A stretch of 64,000 nt of DNA from Actinomycetota bacterium (GCA_036001425.1 DASYUI010000002.1:2257-66256); one strand, 5' to 3'; positions 9,677 through 18,799 are shown, numbered from the stretch's first letter. Numbers and translations are program-made. The notes: a model not told the origin generated them from the letters alone.

Positions 9677-9928
9677 ATGGGAGCGGTGATCGATCTCGGC
9701 GCGTGGCGGCAGGAGCGCGAGCCGGAGGCCCGTCTCCAGCGGGCCCTCGACGGCCTGGACGATGCCCTGGCCGCAAGGGGCGAGGAACCGCCGGAGTGGC
9801 TCCGGACCGAGATGCTGGCCGCCCTGGGGAGCCGGCACCTGGGGATGATCGAGGAGGCGGCCGGACGGCTGGAGCGGGCCGCGGAGCGCCTGGTGCGTGA
9901 GGAGCGGCGGCGGGCGCGACGCCGCTGA
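9677..9928 (+). CDS. Hypothetical small protein
   Basis: 83-aa ORF starting at the ATG at 9677, with GC-rich third codon positions and an Arg-rich tail. No recognised family. Confidence 0.3.
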   Translation: MGAVIDLGAWRQEREPEARLQRALDGLDDALAARGEEPPEWLRTEMLAALGSRHLGMIEEAAGRLERAAERLVREERRRARRR

Positions 9929-10166
9929 GTCGGAGCGCAAGACGAAGGGGGCAGCTACCAAGCGCTCTTCGCTCTGCTCCGCTCGGACTCGCCACCTGAG
10001 GCGGCGGCCCGAGCTTGCCTCCCGCGGCAGACCGAGCGTGGGTTCTGCCCCCTTCGGAGGCACCCGAAGATGCCTCTTCCCGATTCTATGCCCGTTGGCC
10101 GGCCGGTTGGCAAGCGCTCGGGAGCGTAGAAGGCGCCGGTCGAGCTGCCCCGACGGGAGCGATTCT

Positions 10167-10988
10167 TCAGGCGGCCCGGCGGCCGGCGAGGCGGGCCAGG
10201 CGGGGACGGAGGTACACCCAGCCGAACACCGCCGCGACCACCGCCGCGGCGGCCATGGCCGTGACCGACGGCGTCGGACGGCCGACCGGGATCCGCTGGC
10301 GCATCCGCACCGGCCGACGGAAGTCGCGGATCTGCCAGCCGCGCTTGACCGCGACCTTGCGGAGCTCCCGGTCCGGGTTGACCGCGACCGGGTGACCGAC
10401 GGCCTCGAGCATGGGAAGGTCGGTTGCGGAATCGGAGTACGCATACGACTCGGCGAGATCGATGCCGGTGCTCTCGGCGAGCTCGCGGAGAGCCTCGGGC
10501 TTTCCCGGCCCATAGCAGTAGAACTCGAGCTGGCCCGTGTACTTTCCGTCGACGATCTCGGCTCGGGTGGCCACAACACCGTCGGCGCCGAGCCGCTCGG
10601 CCAGCGGCCGGACGATCTCCTCCGGCGAGGAGGACACCACGTACACCTTCCTGCCGAGGGCGCGGTGGAGGGCCATGAGGTCGAGGGCCTCCTGGTAGAT
10701 GTAGGGATCGACGACCTCCTCGATGGCCTCCCGCACGAGGTCCTCGACCTGCTGGCGATCCCACCCCTTGGTCAGCGCCAGCAGCCCGTCCTTGACCCGG
10801 TCCATCCGTTTCTCATCCGCGCCGAGCAGGATGTACACCATCTGCGCGTAGGCACCTCGCAGGAGCTGTGACCGGGTCACCAGGCCGGCCCGGTACATGG
10901 GGCGACCCAGCGCGAGCGAGCTCGACTTCGAGATGATCGTCTTGTCGAGGTCGAAGAAGGCTGCTTCCACGAAGTCATGGTACGGCAC
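10167..10988 (-). CDS. HAD-IB family hydrolase (SerB-like) with C-terminal membrane anchor
   Basis: Motif I FFDLDKTII, followed by YVVSSSPEEIV and YSDSATDLPMLEAVGHPVAVNPD. The C-terminus has the hydrophobic segment AMAAAAVVAAVFGWVYL. Confidence 0.8.
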   Translation of the reverse strand: MPYHDFVEAAFFDLDKTIISKSSSLALGRPMYRAGLVTRSQLLRGAYAQMVYILLGADEKRMDRVKDGLLALTKGWDRQQVEDLVREAIEEVVDPYIYQEALDLMALHRALGRKVYVVSSSPEEIVRPLAERLGADGVVATRAEIVDGKYTGQLEFYCYGPGKPEALRELAESTGIDLAESYAYSDSATDLPMLEAVGHPVAVNPDRELRKVAVKRGWQIRDFRRPVRMRQRIPVGRPTPSVTAMAAAAVVAAVFGWVYLRPRLARLAGRRAA

Positions 10989-11093
10989 GGCCGGGGCCTG
11001 TCCCCGAGAGGAGCCAGGGAATGGAGTCGACTCAGGATGCCTCGCGCATGGAGAGTGGGGCGGGCCGAGCGGGACGAGGTCGAGGGGGAGAGG

Positions 11094-11330
11094 CTACTCC
11101 TCCATCCCCGCCGGGCTTTCGGAGAGGAGCTTCCGGACGTCGGAGAGCCGGTACCGCCGGTGGCCACCGAGGGTTCGGATGAAACCCAGCCGGCGCCCCT
11201 TGGCCCACCGGGTCACGGTCTTGGGGTGGACACCGAACAGCGCCGCCACCTCCGCGGGGGTGAGCCACTGCTCCGGGTCGGGTGTGGGGCCGCCGGTGGC
11301 TGCCCCATCGTCCCTGTCCTTTTGGGGCAT
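11094..11330 (-). CDS. Excisionase/MerR-type helix-turn-helix DNA-binding protein (BldC-like)
   Basis: HTH segment LTPAEVAALFGVHPKTVTRWAKGRRLGFIRTLGGHRRYRLSDVRKLL. The start was placed at the ATG at 11330 (MPQKDRDD); the ORF extends to 11456. Confidence 0.7.
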   Translation of the reverse strand: MPQKDRDDGAATGGPTPDPEQWLTPAEVAALFGVHPKTVTRWAKGRRLGFIRTLGGHRRYRLSDVRKLLSESPAGMEE

Positions 11331-11500
11331 ATCCCCGCGAAAATACCGATTTTCGGAGTCGAGTTCCACCGGCGGCCTCTGACCATGGGATTCGCCTCCG
11401 ATTAAGGAAGTCCCACCTTCCCGATAGCGATTCGCATCGGGCTCGCGGTTGATCAATCGTCTCGAGCCGCGGAGTCTCGCGCTTCCCCTATCCTTGTCGA

Positions 11501-11592
11501 GGAGGCGTCAGGGCGCCTGGTGGGCCCCCCGGTCTTCAAAACCGGTGTGCCGGCGAAAGCTGGCAGGCGGGTTCGATTCCCGTCCGCCTCCG
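11501..11592 (+). tRNA. selC: tRNA-Sec (anticodon UCA), selC
   Basis: Folded by hand:
- Acceptor stem GGAGGCG/CGCCTCC (7 bp) plus a 6-bp T stem, 13 bp in total, which is the tRNA-Sec hallmark.
- T loop TTCGATT.
- Anticodon stem CCGGT/ACCGG with loop CTTCAAA (anticodon UCA).
- Long variable arm GCCGGC-GAAA-GCTGGC.
- Discriminator G; no encoded CCA. Confidence 0.8.
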
Positions 11593-11595
11593 CTC
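11534..11595 (+). repeat. Direct repeat copy 1 (tRNA-Sec from anticodon loop to 3 nt past the 3' end), att-like
   Basis: The 62-bp sequence cttcaaaaccggtgtgccggcgaaagctggcaggcgggTtcgattcccgtccgcctccgctc recurs at 16639..16700 with a single T/C difference. Confidence 0.9.
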
Positions 11596-11599
11596 ATGC

Positions 11600-14500
11600 G
11601 TGGAGGCAACGCTGCTACTGGCGTGCCCGATCCACTCGGCCGTACCTCTGCGCGTGCCCACCTGCGTGAAATGCGGTCGGGGGAATCCGGAGGATGCCCG
11701 GTTCTGCAACTCCTGTGGGTCTGCACTGACCCCCGCGATCCGCGATCGCGAGGTGCGAAAGACCGTCACCGTGGTCTTCTCCGACGTGACCGGGTCGACC
11801 TCTCTGGGAGAGCATTTGGATCCGGAGTCGATGCGCAAGGTGATGGGCCGCTACTTCGAGGAAATGCGATCCGACCTCGAGCGTCACGGCGGGACGGTCG
11901 AGATGTTCATAGGCGACGCGGTGATGGCGGTCTTCGGCATCCCTCGGCTGCACGAGGACGACGCGCTCCGGGCGGTCCGAGCGGTGAGTGAGATGCGGGA
12001 GTCGCTCGCGGCCCTCAACAAGGAGCTCGAACGAGACCACGGGGTGACCATCGGGGTTCGGACAGGGGTGAACACGGGGGAAGTGGTGGCCGGAGATCCC
12101 TCGGCCGGCCAGACGCTCGTGACGGGGACGCGGTGAACGTGGCAGCCCGCCTCGAGCAGGCAGCAGCACCGGGAGAGATCCTGATCGGAGAAGAGACCTT
12201 CCGACTCGTCCGGGACGCTGTGGTCGCGGAACCCGTGGAGCCGCTCGGCGTGAAGGGGAAGCTGGAACCGGTCTCCGCCCTCCGTCTCGTCTCGGTCACT
12301 CCTGGGGTTGCCGGCGTGGCCCGAAGGCTCGACTCGCCCCTAGTGGGGCGGGCGAACGAGCTCGCCCTTCTCCGCCAGGCCTTCGACGGTGCCGTCCGCG
12401 GGGGGGCCTGCTACTTGTTCACGATCCTCGGGCCCGCGGGCGCCGGGAAGTCGCGCCTGGTTGAGGAGCTCTGCGGACAGGTCGGCCTCGCCGCCACGGT
12501 CCTGCATGGCCGTTGCCTCCCCTATGGGGAGGGGATCACCTTCTGGCCGGTGGCCGAGGCGGTTCGAGAGGCCGCGGACCTCTCCGCGATAGATCCGCCC
12601 TCTGCCGTCCTTGCCAAGCTGGAGGCACACCTCCCGGACGAGGCCGACCGGGCGGAGATCGCCCGCAGGGTCGCGCTGGCTGTCAGCGGTGAGGGCGAGG
12701 CCGCCACCGCCGTGGAGGAGACTCTGTGGGCCCTGCGGAAGCTGTTCGAGGCCATCGCCCGCCGACGGCCGCTGATCCTGGTGTTCGACGACCTCCAGTG
12801 GGCGGAGCCGACCTTCCTCGACCTGGTGGACCACGTGGCCGAATGGAGCCGGGACGCCCCGATCCTGCTGGTGTGTCTGGCCCGGCCGGAATTGCTGGAG
12901 ATCCGACCGGGGTGGGGCGGGGGCAAGCTCCACGCTACTGCAGTGGCGCTGGATCCACTGAGCAAGCCCGAGTCCCTGGAGCTGGTGGCCAACCTGCTCG
13001 GAGGGGGCGATCTCGCCTCCGACGTGCGCGATCGGATCCTCCAAGCCGCGGAGGGAAATCCCCTGTTCGTCGAGACACTCGCGATGCTGGTGGACGAGGG
13101 CCTGCTGCGCCGGGAGGAGGGGCGATGGCTCCCGGCAGCCGACCTCTCCGAGGTTGCCGTGCCTCCCACCATCCAAGCGCTACTGCAGGCCCGCCTCGAT
13201 CGGCTGTCCGAGGAGGAACGGGCGGTCCTCGGTCGGGCAGCGGTAGTCGGCAAGGTGTTCTACCGAGGCGCCATGGAGGCCCTCTATTCGACAGAAGCCC
13301 CGCACGGGGTCCGGACCCAGCTGATGTCGCTCGTGCGCAAGGACCTGATCCGCCCAGAGCGTTCGGACCTCCCGGGTGAGGAAGCCTTCCGCTTCCACCA
13401 CATCTTGCTCCGCGATACGGCCTATCAGGCCTTGCCGAAGGAGACCCGGTCGGACCTCCACCGGCTATTCGCAGCCTGGCTCGGTGAGGTCCTAGACCCC
13501 ACCGCCGCCGAAGCCGACGAGTTGGTCGGCTACCATCTCGAGCAGGCCTACCGCCTGCGCGCCGAGCTCGGACCCCCTGACGACCGCGCCCGCGAGCTTG
13601 GGACGGAAGCCTCGATTCGGCTCGCCGCCGCCGGCAGGAAGACGAGCCTCAGGTTCGACATGCCCGCGGCGGTCAGCCTGCTGAGCCGGGCGGTCACGCT
13701 CTCGGATGAAGGCGACCCCGGCCGAAGCGCACTTCTGTACGAGCTGGCCGGCGCGCTGGAGGAGATCGGGGAGCTCCGGCGAGCCGACAAGGCCTACGCC
13801 GAGGCGGTGGACGCGGCGAGCCGAGCAGGCGATAGCCGGACCGAGGCGTACGCCATCCTCAGCCGGGCCAACAACCTCATGCAGCTCGCGCCGGAGGGCG
13901 CGGCCGAGCGGATGCGGGCCGAGGCCGAGCGGCTCATCCCGGTGTTCGAGGCCCAGGGCGATGAGCGCGGCCTGACCATCGCCTTCCATACTCGGGGCCA
14001 GGCCCACTGGATGCATCTGCAAGACGAGCCCGCCGGAGAGGACCTGCTCCTCGCCGCGGATCACGCGGCGGCAGCCGGCGACAGGAGGCTCGAGCTCCAG
14101 AGCCTGCTGTGGGCCGGGGGCACCCTGGTGTTCGGACCCACCCCCGCGAGTCGGGGGCTCGAGTTGCTCGACGAGATCGGCGCTCGAGGTGGGGGGGAGC
14201 GGTACCTGGAGGCCGGCATCCTCAAGGCCCGAGCTCACCTGCTCGCGATGCTCGGCCGCATCGAGGAGGCCCGGCCCCTTCCCCGGGCAGGAGAGGAGAT
14301 CAGCCTCGAGCTCGGCCTCCGCTTTGACGCGGCGTCGATGGGCGAAGCCGCAGGGGAGATCGAGATGCTGGCCGGCGACCCCGCGGCTGCGGAGGAGCAC
14401 TACCGTCGCGGGATCGACTTCCTCGAGTCGATCGGGGACCTTGGGCACCTCTCCACTTGGTTCGGCTACCTGGCGCGCGCGACGTATGAGCTCGGCCGCC

Positions 14501-14844
14501 TCGAGGAGGCGGAAGGGTTCAGCGAGCGGTGCGAGCAAACGTCCGCGAGCGACGACATCATCAACCACTGGCTATGGCGGGGCGTGCGGGCCACGGTCCA
14601 CGCCCGCCGGGGCCGGTTCGACCAGGCCGAGCGCCTGGCCCGGGAGGGCATCATGGCGCTCGAGCCCACCGACAACATCAATTGGCAGGCGTACGCACGG
14701 GCCGACCTCGGCGAAGTCCTTGCTCTCGCCGGCCGTTCCGCGGAGACCGCGAGGGTCATGGAGCAGGCGCTCGCGCTGTACGAACGGAAGGAGAACCTAG
14801 TCGAGGCAGCCCGAATCCGGGCCAAGCTCTCGTCGCCTGGTTGA
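11600..14844 (+). pseudogene. Zinc-ribbon / class III adenylate-guanylate cyclase / AAA ATPase / TPR signalling protein, interrupted by a -1 frameshift
   Basis: ORF 11600..12136 carries a zinc ribbon (CVKCGRGNPEDARFCNSCG) and the cyclase N-terminal half (VTVVFSDVTGST..FIGDAVMAVFG). It stops at LVTGTR*. ORF 12133..14844 continues in the next frame with (GDA)VNVAARLEQ, then the Walker A motif GPAGAGKSRL and TPR-like helices. The frames switch in the run GGGG at 12124-12127. Confidence 0.7.
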
Positions 14845-14886
14845 CCACGGAGCCGACGAGCCGAACGCCCTGCCCGTACCGATGCG

Positions 14887-15126
14887 TTGAGTCGTGCGGG
14901 TGTGCTCCTGGCCAGAGAGGGAGACACGACCCACGCTACCCAGATCCTCCTGTGCTCGCTCAACCATCCCGGCCTTCCTCCGGCGTACCGCATGGTGGCT
15001 CAGCCGAATCTCGACGCCCTCGAGGCCCAGCTGCCTCCCGATGACTTCGCCGCCGCCAAGCAATCTGCGGCGACGGCCGAAGTCGAGGAGCTCGTCGCGG
15101 CAGTGCGGCACGATCTCGCCAGCTAG
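14887..15126 (+). pseudogene. Orphan C-terminal fragment resembling the tail of a TPR/ATPase regulator
   Basis: 79-aa ORF with no domain of its own. It ends LPPDDFAAAKQSAATAEVEELVAAVRHDLAS, like the C-terminal tails of large actinobacterial TPR regulators. It lies directly after the cyclase-ATPase gene. Confidence 0.3.
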
Positions 15127-15474
15127 GCCGCGCGCCTGCTCGGTCCCCCGGTTGTCGGCCCCGACCACGGCCTGGATCTGGGCAGCGAGCCCGTCGATCC
15201 ACGCCTTTGATTCACGGACAGACCTGCCAGTTCGCCTCCACGGCGCCGGGCCAGGCGCGTGCGCGAACAAAAGTCGCCCCTCAGTGCTCGCCTCGCTTGC
15301 AAACACGTTGCAAACGTCCAGGACATGACCAGACGGCACAGGGCAGCACCAAAAGGCACGAAGAGGCCCGCTGACGTGGACTGGATAGCATCAGGCAACA
15401 CTAGATCACACTCGGCAACACGACCGTCACCGAACTTCAAACCGAAGGGGCCCGCGGTACCCTCGACGCCATCC

Positions 15475-15531
15475 GGAGGGGTCTGGGCGCCTGGTGCCGC
15501 CGACGACAAGCCGCTGCGGGTCGATGCCGAC
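15475..15531 (+). other. Degenerate tRNA-Sec-like relic (5' half plus T-arm-like piece)
   Basis: 15475-15496 (ggaggggtctgggcgcctggtg) matches tRNA-Sec positions 1-22 (ggaggcgtcagggcgcctggtg) at 20 of 22 positions. 15516-15531 (gcgggtcgatgccgac) resembles the T arm gcgggttcgattcccgtc. The anticodon and variable arms are missing. Confidence 0.4.
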
Positions 15532-16050
15532 GAGCCCGAGGCTCGCGCTCCGAGAGGCCGATCGCCTCGTCGGTCACGCGCTCCCCCGCCACAGCGCGGG
15601 CAGCGCGCGGCAGCTCGCCTCAAGGCGAGCCATCCGGTCTGCGAACGGGGGAAACGGAATCGCGAGAGCTTCGTCGTGGTGGCGGGCCAGCCGGAACGAG
15701 CCGGCGCCGAGACCCACGTCGAGCCGGCGGCCGCTGGTGGGTTGGGCCACCGCGAGCCGCTCGGCGAGGAGGAACAGGTGGCGAAGGCAGACGTTCAGGA
15801 CCCGGACGGCTTCGCCGCGATGGCTGCTCGGACGGAGCGGATCACCGTCCACCATCGCGCAAGCTCCTCGAACGACCATCCCCACTGCCCGGGCTTCACG
15901 CCGATCCGCATCATGCAGGAGCGTACCAGCAGGGCCGCCAGGTGAGTCGGGACTTTGCGGGACGCCGACTGCCGTCGATGGAGCTAACACGCGGCGACTC
16001 CATGGCCTACCCTTCCCTCCGTCGGCCCAGCGAGGAAGGAGGCGCGAACG

Positions 16051-16428
16051 ATGGCTCGAGGTGTGCGGCGGATCGCCCCCGAGAAGCGGACCGAGGGCGT
16101 GGGGACGCCAGGGATGATCAGGGAAGAGGCCGTGGCCACCGACAGGATGTGGGCGGGCCTGGTTAGGACTGGGGCCGGCATGGTCTCCGGGTGGCACCAC
16201 CACGGCGACTACGAATCGACGATCTACGTGCTCTCTGGAGCCCTGCGAATGGAGTTCGGGCTGGGCGGTAGCGAATTGCTCGAGGCGGGCCCGGGGGACT
16301 TCTTGTACGTGGCCCCGGAGGCGATCCACCGGGAGAGCAACCCAACGGACCAGGAGTCACAGATCGTGGTGGTGCGGTCAGGGTCCGGCGAGCCGGTCAT
16401 CAACGTGGAGGGGCCGGAAGTAGCGTAG
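16051..16428 (+). CDS. Cupin domain protein
   Basis: 125 aa. The cupin motifs GWHHHGDYESTIYVLSG and GDFLYVAPEAIHRESN are present. Confidence 0.75.
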   Translation: MARGVRRIAPEKRTEGVGTPGMIREEAVATDRMWAGLVRTGAGMVSGWHHHGDYESTIYVLSGALRMEFGLGGSELLEAGPGDFLYVAPEAIHRESNPTDQESQIVVVRSGSGEPVINVEGPEVA

Positions 16429-16638
16429 GGTGCCGGTCTATTCGACTCTCGTCACGATGGGGCCGCCGGGGCCATGCTGATGGCTTCATCAATGTGTGCG
16501 CCTGCTGCAAACTCGCCGCAAACGGACGCATCAACACCGGGCGGCTCCAGATGAACCAGACAACACAAGGGTTCGCCAAAGCCGTACTCCGCAGCACCAG
16601 CTGGACTGGGGGCACGGGTCACCACGAACGTCGACGAA

Positions 16639-16700
16639 CTTCAAAACCGGTGTGCCGGCGAAAGCTGGCAGGCGGGCTCGATTCCCGTCCGCCTCCGCTC
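16639..16700 (+). repeat. Direct repeat copy 2 (displaced 3' half of tRNA-Sec), att-like
   Basis: 61 of 62 positions are identical to 11534..11595. It is not preceded by a tRNA 5' half. Confidence 0.9.
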
Positions 16701-16774
16701 TTACATCGATGTAATTCAGCCCCAGGAGAGGACGGACCTGCGAGGTGCCCATGACCCATGACCAGTGATCGGGG

Positions 16775-17218
16775 CTATTCGTCTCCCGGGCTCTGCTGCA
16801 GAATCCACCCGTTGCCGTCGGGGTCGTTGAAGAAGGCGTAAGCGTTCCAGCCGCTTGGTTCGCCCGTCACAGCGCGGTAAACGGACCCGCTCTCTTCATG
16901 GACTACCTCCATGACTTCACTGACTTCCACGCCCTTCTCGATGAGTTTGGCCCGCGCCGCGTTGATGTCAGGAACAACGATCTGTAGCCCATTCACGGAT
17001 CCTGGTTCCATGTCTCGAGACCCCGGCCGCCCCGCCGCCATGCCGGTCAGCAGCGCGATCGAGCATCCAGAGCCAGGAGGTGTCAGCTGGACCATGCGGA
17101 CATGGTTGCCGAATTGACTGTCGAAGTCCTCGTTGAATCCGACCTGGTCTCTGTAGAAGACCTTCGCTCGGTCCACGTCTGAGACTGGCACGAACACGAG
17201 CTCGAGGCGCCACTCCAC
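16775..17218 (-). CDS. VOC (glyoxalase/bleomycin-resistance/dioxygenase) family protein
   Basis: 147 aa. LELVFVPVSDVDRAKVFYRDQVGF ... AFFNDPDGNGWILQQ is a typical VOC fold. Confidence 0.8.
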   Translation of the reverse strand: MEWRLELVFVPVSDVDRAKVFYRDQVGFNEDFDSQFGNHVRMVQLTPPGSGCSIALLTGMAAGRPGSRDMEPGSVNGLQIVVPDINAARAKLIEKGVEVSEVMEVVHEESGSVYRAVTGEPSGWNAYAFFNDPDGNGWILQQSPGDE

Positions 17219-17637
17219 GAACCGATCCTAGTGGGGCCCATCACCGACGTCATTCGAAGAAGTGGGAAGTCATCCTCGCGTAGCGGGACCCCGCGGGGAC
17301 ATGCTCGACATCAGAGGGCCCGGAGACTGGAACTTCTCCCGATCAGGCGCCGGCATGAGGTCCCTGCTCGTGCCTGGCGCACCTGGAATTCACCATTAGG
17401 ACGGCGGGCAGAATCGCGGAGTCGTCGGTCGGTGGAGAGCGAGTGAGCTCGGTGCCCTGACAGGCACGCTTCTATAGCGTGTTCACGAAGCTCGTCCCCA
17501 GGCACGCGGGCTCACCCAAATCCTCTCCCCGGCGGTGCCGGTGTTCGTACGCTGTGACCTCCGCCTCCGCTAACGAGAAATTGAGGAGTTCTTGGAGAGG
17601 AGCGGAGGGCGGCTGGATTCGACCTGCGACGAATGGA

Positions 17638-18072
17638 TTATGAGTGCGGTTCCCGGCCCCTAACTTCGTTACGTTCAAGGATGACTACCGGGATCTGTCG
17701 CGGCGTTTTCTTCTCATAGTCGGCGAATCCCGGCATGACTTGCTTCTGGCGAGCCCATATCCTCTCGCGCTCTTCTCCCTCGGCGACGCGCGCCCTGACG
17801 GGAGCGACCTCCGTTCCGATTTCGATGGTGGCATCGGGATTGGCCAGGAGGTTGTGAAACCAGTCCGGGTTTGTTGGTGCGCCTCCTTTGGAGGCGAAGA
17901 TCGCCCACGCGCCATCGCCGAGACCCTGACAGGCGACCGGGTTGACTCGCTCGATCCCACTCTTGGCACCGCGATGATGCAGGAGCAGCAGGGAATGGCC
18001 TTCAAATGGCCCCCCAACTCGTCCCTCGTTGGCTCTGAATTCCTCGATGATCTTGTCGTTCCAGTTGGCCAT
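17638..18072 (-). CDS. Deazaflavin(F420)-dependent nitroreductase family protein (DDN-like)
   Basis: MANWNDKIIEEFRANEGRVGGPFEG..LLLLHHRGAKSG..RVNPV..ASKGGAPTNPDWFHNL is the DDN/PNPOx-like signature. An alternative ATG lies at 18090. Confidence 0.8.
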   Translation of the reverse strand: MANWNDKIIEEFRANEGRVGGPFEGHSLLLLHHRGAKSGIERVNPVACQGLGDGAWAIFASKGGAPTNPDWFHNLLANPDATIEIGTEVAPVRARVAEGEERERIWARQKQVMPGFADYEKKTPRQIPVVILERNEVRGREPHS

Positions 18073-18326
18073 GTCTAGGGGAACGCTCAATCAAGCTTCT
18101 TCATTCCGGGGGACTTAGGACCCTACCCCTCGTACCCGACGAACGCAGCTCCACCCACATTAGGTTTCCAGGGCCTGCATGGGTTCGTACGCCTATCGGT
18201 CCGAACCGGGAATTGGTGTGGGCACGTCGGCTGGGTGGACGGCTCCGACTAAGGGACGACGGCGGCGGATGAGCGTAGTGTGGGGGAAGTCCAACTCATG
18301 AAAGTCGCGGAGAGAGGCGGGGATCG

Positions 18327-18512
18327 ATGAAGGCGAGGACCAGGAGCGCCGCACTGCCGGCTGGGCCGGTCCACCCCATCCAGACCTACGGGAAGGATCG
18401 CACCTGCCTCGTCTGCCAGACGCGACTGTCGCGCTATAACGAGAGCGGTCGGTGCGGGGCGCACCGTGGCTGGGGAGACGGGCCCCGCCGTCGCGACGAG
18501 CCTGGGCGATAA
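18327..18512 (+). CDS. Hypothetical small zinc-ribbon-like protein
   Basis: 61 aa. CLVCQTRLSRYNESGRCGAH forms a C-x2-C ... C-x2-H pattern. GC-rich third codon positions. Confidence 0.4.
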   Translation: MKARTRSAALPAGPVHPIQTYGKDRTCLVCQTRLSRYNESGRCGAHRGWGDGPRRRDEPGR

Positions 18513-18547
18513 CCACTTCCAGCAGAACCAGCCGGGAAGGAGTCACC

Positions 18548-18652
18548 GTGGCGAACAAAGACAAGGGCGGCAGCAAGAGCAGCAAGAAAGATGCCCAGAA
18601 GAACCTGAAGGAGAAGCGCAAAGCCAAGAAGCAGAAGAAGGCCGGCAAGTAA
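18548..18652 (+). CDS. Small lysine-rich basic peptide (34 aa)
   Basis: GTG start at 18548, seven nt after a GGAAGGAG Shine-Dalgarno sequence. Product: (M)ANKDKGGSKSSKKDAQKNLKEKRKAKKQKKAGK. It forms the tail of ORF 18452..18652. Confidence 0.45.
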   Translation: MANKDKGGSKSSKKDAQKNLKEKRKAKKQKKAGK

Positions 18653-18799
18653 AACGGTCCGCTCGACCTGTATACTGTTTGTGAGGGTTCAGTATCGCGG
18701 GTCAAACTTCGAGCAGTTCCCTCGCCGGCGATCCAGCCGGAAAGGCTGCCGCTGAACGAAAAGCAGGTTCGGCTCGGCCAAGGAAGGAGGGAATTGCAC

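Larger units (their letters stand above)
11596..16638. mobile_element. Decayed genomic-island remnant integrated at selC (no intact integrase seen)
   Basis: The segment is bounded by the 62-bp direct repeat of the tRNA-Sec 3' half. Its content is a frameshifted gene, gene fragments, an uninterpretable 15.1-16.0 kb stretch and one intact cupin gene. Confidence 0.5.

Noticed and set aside
9978-9993. A short motif, tccgctcgg(a)cttcgcc, recurs at 9978-9993 and 42375-42390, with a looser version inside the 33.5-kb tandem units. This could indicate a dispersed REP-like family.
   Set aside because: Only about 16 nt match, with mismatches, in a highly GC-biased background. It cannot be distinguished from chance without genome-wide counts.
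9948-10075. An inverted repeat (gggggcag ... ctgccccc, about 100 nt apart) and overlapping small hairpins (cttcgg/ccgaag, gaggca/tgcctc) lie in the convergent intergenic region.
   Set aside because: These may be a terminator region for the converging genes. I could recognise no family-level RNA signature, and the long-range pairing is only 8 bp.
8884-10764. Several long overlapping ORFs (8884..9678-, 8949..9689+, 9647..10579-, 9897..10871+, 9955..10764-).
   Set aside because: These are Arg/Pro/Gly/Ala-rich shadow ORFs typical of high-GC DNA. They are antisense or out of frame to genes with recognisable motifs (the helical protein at 8967..9605 and the HAD hydrolase at 10167..10988).
15120-16050. 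I looked here for an integrase or recombinase that would explain the selC island. Candidate fragments include ...WRRTGRSVRESKAWIDGLAAQIQAVVGA (minus strand), ...GWSFEELARWWTVIRSVRAAIAAK (minus strand), and a methyltransferase-like RRLDVGLGAGSF (minus strand).
   Set aside because: The fragments are short, lie in different frames, and carry none of the tyrosine-recombinase catalytic motifs (R..HxxR..Y) that I could recognise. I cannot assign them without a database search.
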